From: a virus
Lineage: Duplodnaviria > Caudoviricetes
Reading direction: 5' to 3' (one strand)
Length of the DNA: 29,224 bases
Virus record (IMG/VR): IMGVR_UViG_3300032257_000084
Location: 1-29,224 of that record
The stretch's first letter is position 1, and every line of letters starts with the position of its first letter. Positions 8,901 to 16,288 of this stretch are shown in pieces. A model generated the notes under the pieces. The model was given only the letters and a program-made list of their open reading frames with translations. It did not search any database and was not told where the DNA came from. Position numbers and translations under genes: made by a program.

Positions 8901-11900
8901 TGATATCCGGTATATCTTCCTGCTCACCACGACCTGTAATCGCATCATAATTAACCTGATTAGAATACTGAATATCACCAGCCAACTGCTTATCAATCAG
9001 ATCCAATAGCTCATTAGGACTATATTCAGTAGACGTATAACCGTCCTGACTTAATGCTTCAGCCATGGCATCGAATGACATACCGCCATCTTTCTTGAAC
9101 ACCCTGAGCGCAACCGCACCTGGAACTGGTAAATTTACACTGCTTCCCCTGCCCCAATTAGCAGGATCAATACCCTGAGCCTCAGCTTCAGCACGATCAA
9201 TACCACCATGTTTAGCCATCGCCACAAACAAATCATCAATCTCAGGGTTAATCGAACCAGCTTGAGGCTTGGCTATATCAATTCCGTACAATTCATTCAC
9301 TGACTTGGTAGATAACTTATTCTCTTTCAGGAAATCAATCGCAGCATAGACCTGATAATTATCCATTTCCTCGATAATCTGCTCTTTAACAGCCTTGCGC
9401 TTCGCACGTGCTTCCCTCTGAAGCGATCTGAGCTGCTTACTTAATGCGTTACTCATCCACTTCATATCACGTAAAACACGTTTATCCAGTTCCTGAATAG
9501 CCTCATCTGAAGCATCCTTAGCTAGAGCCTGATATTCTTCCCAATTAACACCGTATTGTTTAGCCTCTTCCTCGGTATTAAATAATGGGAAATAAGACCT
9601 TGCTGTTTCTGCCTGTCTAATCTGAACATCAGTCGCAAGCATACGATCCATAACACCACGGACTTCATCAGTCAGTTTGTCAGGTGATAGGTACTGGCGA
9701 ATGTTACGATAGACATCCATGAGCCATGACCGGAACTGGCTAAACAGTCCCTGTAGCTCCATGCTTGGTGCTTTACCCTCAAACAGGTAAGTCTCAAAGC
9801 CCTCAGCAAACTTCTCATGATGCTCGCGTTGCTGCTCTAAAGTTAAATTGTTCCACGTGGAACGATCTGCTACTCCAAACCACTGAAGTAGTTTATCCAT
9901 ATCCTTAGCCACTTCAGCATTTTCCTGAGCATAGTCATTCATCATCTCAAGGAAGAAATGGCCTGATTCATGTAAGAAGGTAGATAGATTAGCGCCTTCA
10001 AGCAATGAGATTATATTGCTTTCAGGACTAAATGCGCCCTGCTTTTCACCTTGGAATAACAACTGTTTTTGTTTTGCAATCGTATCAGCACGTGATCCTT
10101 CTGCTTTTGGATCATACGTTTTAATCTTCAGTCCAGAATCTTTTAATATTTTCAACGCATCCTTACGCATCCCTTTAGGCACAACAGCGGTGTTGAATTC
10201 TTCAAATCCTACGGCACGCTGCACTTTAGCTTCAAAATAACTGGTAGGTAACGCGGTAAGGTATTCAAGAAGGTCATCAACAATCTTCTGGGCTTCAGGC
10301 GTCATATTAAAGGCTTCATTCATGCCGCTACGACCTTCAATAATCGCACTACCAACATCATCAGCATAACCAAATGAACTTGTATCATATTTATAATAAG
10401 GCTTTAACGCTTCAATGGCTTCCCAGAACACATCACCTGATTCTTTCTTAACTATCTCCATGTCTTCTTCGCTAACAATCTCTTCGCGCTTATTTTGAAT
10501 CTGCCTTATGGTTTTCATTTCATTCGCATATTTTGAGCGAACCGTACCAGCCCCATAGAAAAATGATTCACCGGCTTGCAGTTGTTGCGTCATTTCCTTA
10601 ACAACATTCTGCATGTTGTAAGGTTTATACTTTCGATTTCCAGACGGTGTAAAACCTTTAAATATTTTCTTACCTGTCACCATCTCATTGAAAGTTTCAG
10701 TTGCCCACTTCTGATATGCTTCACGGGTTTTCTTAACACGTAATTTCTTTGATATGTCATCGCGTAATTGACTAACATCTTTACCTTTAGTGTCACGGAA
10801 TCGCTGAACTTCAGAAGCCATATCTCTTATTTTAGCGTACTTTATTGAGCCATCTTCATTGAAATACCATTCATACATTTTCTCAGCACGAACATCAAAG
10901 TCTTCTGATAAGTCATCTAATATTTCCTGATAATGATCAGTAACCATTTTAATGAATCTTTCATCACTGTGTAATGATGTTGCATTTAGGTCAAATTTAG
11001 CGGCTTTACGAATGATAGGCTTAATGTCTTTCTTGTTCTTTAATTTAGGTTCTTTACCTTGCAGTTTTAGCCAGTGATACTCTACTGCTGTAGACCTAAG
11101 AAGGTTATCTGCTCCATTAGTATCTTCTATAGATTGAAAATCAGGTGTACTCAATCCTAAGTTATCAGGGTCAAGCTGATCCTCAAACTCTCTATATTTG
11201 CTATAATCAACATCATAAACAGGTCGTGGTTGGCGAGGTGAATAAATATCAGCATCGAATGTTCGCGCTTTAGGGTCTTTCAATAAGTCTTTATCGGCAA
11301 GCAGTGTTATCTCACCAAAACCAGTGAAATCCGAAACTCCTGTACGAGCAACAGCCAATGAAGGTGCTGCTAACCCACCAAGATCCTGAGCCGCTATTAT
11401 ATTTTCAGCACTAAGATTATGAGCTACAAACAAATCTTCTTCTGCTGTCTGGTACAACTGCTGATCTGTAGATATTGCCGAACGAATACTGCCCTCATCA
11501 AATACAACCATATCAATAATTGCGCCACTAGCGTCTACAACTGCTGCGCTATCATAACCTTCGGCTTTCAATTTTGCGGTATGCTCTTCTGAAAAGTTAG
11601 GATTAGCCAGCATCTCATCATATAACGCCACTCTCTCTGATAGGTTATATGTTTTTGTGTTCTTTACATTAACATATAAAGGCATGACATTAGGTGCGCC
11701 ACCACGAATACGCTCTGATGATTCCGCATAAAAATCTGCTGCTGCTTTTGCATCTGTAATATATACGCCTTGGCCTAAGAAACCAGGATCACGACTCTGC
11801 AATTTTTCTTTATCAAATGCCTGTATATCATCGCTAGTGCCATGATAAAAAGTTTTCAGCTCACCTTGATCATCTACTGCTGTACTGCCTTCTGCCCATG

Positions 11901-13848
11901 CTTGAAACTCAGGTGTTTGTTGACTTAACTGCGCCCCTGCAATCGGCGTAGCCCTAACAGTAGGCATACGCTCTGCAAGGATTTCATGTGGCATTTTGCC
12001 AGTTCTAGCCGCGATAGTTGTCGCAACAGCTCGGTGCATCGCAGCATAGGGACCAACAACATGCTCAGGAAATCGCCCTGTTGCCATTAATTGATCAGTC
12101 CAATATTGTTCTACTTGATCAGCAGACTCACGATATTGATCTGATTCATCTTGAGCCTCAATAACACGCTCGGCCTGCTCCATGAATTCTTCTTTACCAG
12201 TTTCCATCCAGTGATTCGTTTCCTGAATGTTGAAACCATCTGCGTCATTTCTCAATAACTCTTGTAGCTGCTCATGATATTCAGGCATGTAAACAGCATA
12301 ATCAGCAATAGGTATATTTACTTGGCCACCTGTACCAATGGCATCAGCAACAGAATTAGCAAGCTCAGGATTGCTTTCTTGCATCTGTTCCATAACTTCA
12401 GGATTAGTCTGAAAGAACTCAACCGCATCTTTAGCATCCAGATAAACAGAATCTTCAACACCTAAATCCTCTTTCAGAAACTTTTTAACCTGCTCAGGTG
12501 AGTGTTCACGCATATCCATATCAAGTACGGTATCAACAATCTCACTCATGACCTCATTGGATTCCAATGCTTTTTGAGCTTTCATCATATCGGCGTTAAA
12601 AGCATTTTCAGTCTGCATCATGGTAGTCATTGCACCAGCACCACCACCTGCACCAAACCCACCCATGATCGAGGCTAGTGTGCCTTCAGTCAGGTCTTGT
12701 TCAGGATTAAATGACAACATCTTCGCCAGGTTAGTATTAAGGTTTTGCAGTCCCTCAGTACCACCCTCAGATACAGCGCCTTTAAGAAACCCTGAAAATA
12801 CATTCTTTCCAGATTGACCAAATACTTTATCCAGACCAAACTTCTCAAGAAAGGTATTGATCATGGCCACTTGTCCCATGGCTTGCAAATACAACCCTGG
12901 TTCCATCTTCTGGCCAGTACGCTTCTCAAAGTCAGCCGCGTCATTAGCCACTTCCATTGATTCAAGCCATGCAATAAACGGTAATGAGCCACCAGATTTA
13001 TACGCTGCAAACAATGAAGGTGCTGCTTGCCCTACGAATCCAGCCCATGCTTCAGGATCAGCCACTACTCGACCAAGTGCTTCAAAATCACCTTTCAATG
13101 CCTGAGCAAACGCATCATCAGCCTCACGGCCTTTCTCAGCCAGCCGTTTAAATGGTTCAAACTCTTGTGTTAATATTTCTTGTGCTTGGCCGATGGCATC
13201 AGCAACATCCTCAAGCCCTGCCGCATGATAATCACCAATATCGACACCAGTAGTTAATATGTCTAGCAGTCCGCGTTCTACAGGTATAGCAGGTGCAAGC
13301 ATCCATTCAGGCAATCCAAGATCACGACCTATATTTTCAGTAAGTTCATCAATTCGTTTTAATGGGTCCAGCGATCTAAATTCAGACTCAGCCATCCCTA
13401 ATGTGGCTTGTGTGGCTCCAGCAAGACCGACTAATGGATGAATATTACCCATCTTCAGCTCACGGCCTTCCCCTGCTTCACTGAGTATCTTAAACTTCTC
13501 AGCAATCGTTTCAGCTTTAGATAATTGATTTACATCACCATGAGCAACACGCGCAAACTCAGGATCAGCAAAGGCTTTCTTCACTGCCTTGGTATCCTTG
13601 AGCTTTCTTCTTATTTCTTGTTGATTATAGATCTTTCTGGTTTTGTCTTTCTCACGATCAGCAAGACCAACGCCTATATTAAGACCCTTAGCTACATTCT
13701 GTGTTTGAGCATGATCGGCAGGTTGATATTCAAGTGCGCTTGCCAAGGTAGTATCCAGTTGCACACTGGCATTTTCTTCTACGCTATTAGCGGCTTTCTG
13801 CTTCCAGTCACCATTCATTGATGCTGCTGCTTTATCAATCCAATCCAT
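5932..13848 (-). CDS. Giant internal virion (ejection) protein, polyvalent type: LPD22-like N-terminus, ART-PolyVal-like ADP-ribosyltransferase, second enzymatic module, HExxH metallopeptidase-like motif, helical C-terminal body
   Basis: 2638 aa, third gene of the ejection cluster. Motifs: TPEFQAW...FYHGT...GQGVYIT...AADFYA...VMPLYV (ART-PolyVal-like) and ANLSTFLHESGHFFL (HExxH at 9958-9972). Confidence 0.85.
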   Translation of the reverse strand: MDWIDKAAASMNGDWKQKAANSVEENASVQLDTTLASALEYQPADHAQTQNVAKGLNIGVGLADREKDKTRKIYNQQEIRRKLKDTKAVKKAFADPEFARVAHGDVNQLSKAETIAEKFKILSEAGEGRELKMGNIHPLVGLAGATQATLGMAESEFRSLDPLKRIDELTENIGRDLGLPEWMLAPAIPVERGLLDILTTGVDIGDYHAAGLEDVADAIGQAQEILTQEFEPFKRLAEKGREADDAFAQALKGDFEALGRVVADPEAWAGFVGQAAPSLFAAYKSGGSLPFIAWLESMEVANDAADFEKRTGQKMEPGLYLQAMGQVAMINTFLEKFGLDKVFGQSGKNVFSGFLKGAVSEGGTEGLQNLNTNLAKMLSFNPEQDLTEGTLASIMGGFGAGGGAGAMTTMMQTENAFNADMMKAQKALESNEVMSEIVDTVLDMDMREHSPEQVKKFLKEDLGVEDSVYLDAKDAVEFFQTNPEVMEQMQESNPELANSVADAIGTGGQVNIPIADYAVYMPEYHEQLQELLRNDADGFNIQETNHWMETGKEEFMEQAERVIEAQDESDQYRESADQVEQYWTDQLMATGRFPEHVVGPYAAMHRAVATTIAARTGKMPHEILAERMPTVRATPIAGAQLSQQTPEFQAWAEGSTAVDDQGELKTFYHGTSDDIQAFDKEKLQSRDPGFLGQGVYITDAKAAADFYAESSERIRGGAPNVMPLYVNVKNTKTYNLSERVALYDEMLANPNFSEEHTAKLKAEGYDSAAVVDASGAIIDMVVFDEGSIRSAISTDQQLYQTAEEDLFVAHNLSAENIIAAQDLGGLAAPSLAVARTGVSDFTGFGEITLLADKDLLKDPKARTFDADIYSPRQPRPVYDVDYSKYREFEDQLDPDNLGLSTPDFQSIEDTNGADNLLRSTAVEYHWLKLQGKEPKLKNKKDIKPIIRKAAKFDLNATSLHSDERFIKMVTDHYQEILDDLSEDFDVRAEKMYEWYFNEDGSIKYAKIRDMASEVQRFRDTKGKDVSQLRDDISKKLRVKKTREAYQKWATETFNEMVTGKKIFKGFTPSGNRKYKPYNMQNVVKEMTQQLQAGESFFYGAGTVRSKYANEMKTIRQIQNKREEIVSEEDMEIVKKESGDVFWEAIEALKPYYKYDTSSFGYADDVGSAIIEGRSGMNEAFNMTPEAQKIVDDLLEYLTALPTSYFEAKVQRAVGFEEFNTAVVPKGMRKDALKILKDSGLKIKTYDPKAEGSRADTIAKQKQLLFQGEKQGAFSPESNIISLLEGANLSTFLHESGHFFLEMMNDYAQENAEVAKDMDKLLQWFGVADRSTWNNLTLEQQREHHEKFAEGFETYLFEGKAPSMELQGLFSQFRSWLMDVYRNIRQYLSPDKLTDEVRGVMDRMLATDVQIRQAETARSYFPLFNTEEEAKQYGVNWEEYQALAKDASDEAIQELDKRVLRDMKWMSNALSKQLRSLQREARAKRKAVKEQIIEEMDNYQVYAAIDFLKENKLSTKSVNELYGIDIAKPQAGSINPEIDDLFVAMAKHGGIDRAEAEAQGIDPANWGRGSSVNLPVPGAVALRVFKKDGGMSFDAMAEALSQDGYTSTEYSPNELLDLIDKQLAGDIQYSNQVNYDAITGRGEQEDIPDISKLRGLLSPKGMDVDEAAQLFAYSSGDAMVRDLANAQKKSAIVEEMTDQRMLELYGDVNSPGAMQAAAEEAIHNKVRQKFVANEYNALAKATGQKQVLNKAAKEFATNAINAKRIRDIKPAQYNAAEARAGRESDKAMRQGNTDEAATHKRSQLLNGHMFKAANNGLNSVDKMIRYLKKFQSKGTRKNIDPEYLEQIDAITANVDLRKGQSLKAIDRKNSLSEWIAKQKEDYLDPVIDEELIASIGNKHYKEMTLEELNGMVDTVKVIDHMGRFKQKMLTAKDKRDFAEVVDEMKASIDKYSKKRAVRRGKETDVVGRTAAGAREFVAMHRKMSSIIREMDGFEDGGIMWERFLLPANESANNETERKAQASEIFADLFEPIQPKLGKDGLPLNIKQFRKVVPGTDISMTREERVMTAMNWGNAGNRQRLMDGGTISKESITEQEVQAIIDTLTKEEMDFVQGVFDYYETFKPEIEAQELRLTGIKPEWLEPTPIQTKHGVYRGGYHPAKYDVMLSTRSESLEAKANLRLQTKGVFNSATTRDDYVQKRSAEVKDRPLMLTYDTISSRINEVIHRLSWEDYLVDANRMLKALDKPIRDHYGYNHLNELKETIKVIAEGDTPATNAWERGINHVRVGTTIVGMGLRFTTAAIQPTGIAQGWFRLGGAKNGGKWVAIGMKDYLKNPKKAYEDVVNESKMMKSRGRTMMREINEEMNKVRKGKRATELDATYFWMITKMQIMTVDMPLYLGAKAKFLAQLQYENAVDEQGRNEIEHKAIAMAEQVVLDSQSGGEVKDLARIQRGGPFLKLWTNFYSYFSATYNMNVENFKQRDLSLKHPSEIGLFMADFVILNIVPIVLSVLIREALKGDCDWEIDCMQKKAVSEGISYAAGQMIGVRELSNAIEYMVTGESYRYSGPPGIRVFKDFINLAQQTSKMEFDAKFWKSASIVGGQIFHLPTGQVNQTVEAMIDIANGRVKGGEAVQALLTGPQK

Positions 13849-15476
13849 TATTGACCCTGAATTCTTAGAAATAATGCTTGTATGTTATCTTCTGTTACTG
13901 GTTGGCCTTGCTCTTGAATAGCACGCGCAAGATCATCCACCATATCAGGAGGCACGCCTTCAATCTCAAATTTATAGGCTTTTGTGGTCGCTCCAAATAA
14001 TTTATCCAGCCATCCTGATTGTTGTATCTCAATACTCAGGCCATCAATGATTTTACGCATCTCATCACGTGTTGGTTTGCGGCCATTATCTGCTTGAAAA
14101 TCTCCAAATTCTTGCAGCATACGATCATAATACGCTCTTGTGTTATCGCCAGCAGTACCCACTTTCCCTCGATCAAGTGGATTCAGCCCAAGATCAGCCG
14201 CACCACGATCAATCATATTCTGCTGGCTACCAATGCTTGAGCTTTCAACCATATCGCTTTGTAGCTTCATCATTTTGTCATAGTCACCAGTGCTTAACTT
14301 CTCTGCGCCTAAATTGACCTTAACAAACTCATCTCTTCCTTCAGGTGTTCTTTGCATCATCTGAAGCTCATGATAACGCCCACGATCTGTTTTCATTGTG
14401 CCAGATGCTATTTTTTGCAGGTTAATCTTCGCAGCCCCACTCATTCTATCCAATACTTCTTGAGGAATAGCTGAATAACGATTGCCATTATTCACGTAGA
14501 TATCACGGCCTTCATTGTCTGCTACCTTAAATTCATTAGCCGTAATGCCATTGCGCTCAGTCATGCGAAGTTTCAAACGTGCAACCGCTTCTTTTTCAAT
14601 CTTCTGATCACGAATACCTTTACCAAACATCTTTCTGACTTTAGCTAGTGCATCGGTATCACTCAATATTCCTGCTTCAACGCCTGCAAATACTGAATCA
14701 ACTGCATTTTCGGCCTTAATGTTAATCTCACCTGCTATAATCTTTTCGTAAACACCTGTCTTATCAACAATGCCTTTGCCGTTTTCTTTGTAATAAGCCT
14801 TCGCACCTTCAATATCACCGGCCTCAATAGCCTGGTCAATCACGGAAGTATGAACCTTGTCAGTTGTTGTCTTGATGGCAAGGTCACGCGCCTCATCACT
14901 CATGCCACCCTTTCTGGCTTCTTCCTTAATGCCGTGAATCATTCTCTCATGAGCAATCTTGACCGTATTAGGATCAGCCCAGTTTGAGATAATGTCATTG
15001 AATCCGGTCGTGATCTTGGCATCGAATACTTGCTTGCGATGAACTGCGTTCTGAGCTGTAGCGTGACTCAATAGACCATTCTTAAACTGAAGGCTTGCAA
15101 TCTCAGCTCGCTTCTGGAACTTCATTCGCTGGCTATCATTCGCCAGCCCAGCACTAATATCAGCCGCTATGCCATCAAGTTGTTTATTAAATGAGTTATA
15201 CAGCCCGTCTTTATACTCAACAGCGTTCTTGCCTTGTTGTTGCAGGTAGCCGTTCTCGCCATGCGACAACTCAATTTTTTTCTCGATGAATCGGTTATAA
15301 CCATCTTCAGCCCCTACAGTATCATTATCATCCTGTAGTGCTTCGAGGATCTTTGCCGTTTGGCCAAGACCTTGACCTAAACTTGGCTCAATAGGTGCTT
15401 GTGGTACACGAACCGGACCAAACGCTGAAGGTGCTTGTCTGCCTCCCATGTTTCTAATATCAGGTAGCTTAGGCAT
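13848..15476 (-). CDS. Internal virion (ejection) protein, middle size class
   Basis: 542 aa; MPKLP N-terminus; helical composition; YLQQQGKNA motif; syntenic position between the small and giant ejection genes. Confidence 0.75.
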   Translation of the reverse strand: MPKLPDIRNMGGRQAPSAFGPVRVPQAPIEPSLGQGLGQTAKILEALQDDNDTVGAEDGYNRFIEKKIELSHGENGYLQQQGKNAVEYKDGLYNSFNKQLDGIAADISAGLANDSQRMKFQKRAEIASLQFKNGLLSHATAQNAVHRKQVFDAKITTGFNDIISNWADPNTVKIAHERMIHGIKEEARKGGMSDEARDLAIKTTTDKVHTSVIDQAIEAGDIEGAKAYYKENGKGIVDKTGVYEKIIAGEINIKAENAVDSVFAGVEAGILSDTDALAKVRKMFGKGIRDQKIEKEAVARLKLRMTERNGITANEFKVADNEGRDIYVNNGNRYSAIPQEVLDRMSGAAKINLQKIASGTMKTDRGRYHELQMMQRTPEGRDEFVKVNLGAEKLSTGDYDKMMKLQSDMVESSSIGSQQNMIDRGAADLGLNPLDRGKVGTAGDNTRAYYDRMLQEFGDFQADNGRKPTRDEMRKIIDGLSIEIQQSGWLDKLFGATTKAYKFEIEGVPPDMVDDLARAIQEQGQPVTEDNIQALFLRIQGQ

Positions 15477-15937
15477 TATGCTTTACCCGTTCCTTTGTAT
15501 TTCTTGCCATAGATTGATACCCCTGTAGCCAGAGCGGATGTGCCAGCTTCCAGATAAGATTTAGAGGCTTTAGCTTTTCCACGTGCCGCAGCAATAGCGC
15601 CTTCAGTTTTAAGTATCCTGGCTTTCTCTTCACCACCATACAATTCAACATTCGCACGATACGCGCCTTCACCCTCAATATCAGATATCACACGCATGAC
15701 CGTAGGATCGCCAGCACTACCACCAGCAACCGCTAACGCACGTGAAGCAAGCAATTCAGCTTGTCTTCGTTCTTCAAGTGCAGATCGTTGTGAAGTAGCA
15801 ATTGCCTGGTTAGCTGCAATCTCATTATGAGCCTGTTGAGCTTTGCCAAATGCACGTGACTGACTGCCTGAACTGATCTTGCCAAGTACGGTAGTAACAC
15901 CAGCAACTAATGTTAACGGTGATGCTAATTTTGCCAT
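15476..15937 (-). CDS. Small internal virion (ejection) protein, T7 gp14-like position
   Basis: 153 aa, Ala/Gly-rich with hydrophobic N- and C-terminal segments; follows the GNAT-like gene. Confidence 0.72.
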   Translation of the reverse strand: MAKLASPLTLVAGVTTVLGKISSGSQSRAFGKAQQAHNEIAANQAIATSQRSALEERRQAELLASRALAVAGGSAGDPTVMRVISDIEGEGAYRANVELYGGEEKARILKTEGAIAAARGKAKASKSYLEAGTSALATGVSIYGKKYKGTGKA

Positions 15938-16287
15938 TGATACACATCCCCATAAATTTGCTCAAACCCCATATGTTCAAGCAATATATCAGATCCCACA
16001 ATCTCAGGATCAGCAAGTGAGTAAACAGGTAGCTTTAATTGTTGTACTTTTTTAATCAATATTTTACTGCACTTCAATAATATTCGTTTATGGTCACGCG
16101 GTTTTATACCGTCCATAACATCCATGAACATCACGTACCATTCGTGCTCTCGGTATATCCCACCTATCGCTATTGGCTCACCTTTATCCAATACCGTCAA
16201 TGATTTAAGTGTACGCGAAGGAACGCTACCATAAAAACGCTCCAGCAATTCTTTATTTGTTGGTATAATTTCGATGACGTTGCTCAT
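15925..16287 (-). CDS. GNAT-fold acetyltransferase-like protein, T7 gp13-like position
   Basis: PIAIGGI beta-strand and ILLEHMGF C-terminal motif; directly downstream of the nozzle. Confidence 0.65.
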   Translation of the reverse strand: MSNVIEIIPTNKELLERFYGSVPSRTLKSLTVLDKGEPIAIGGIYREHEWYVMFMDVMDGIKPRDHKRILLKCSKILIKKVQQLKLPVYSLADPEIVGSDILLEHMGFEQIYGDVYQWQN

Positions 16288-16288
16288 C

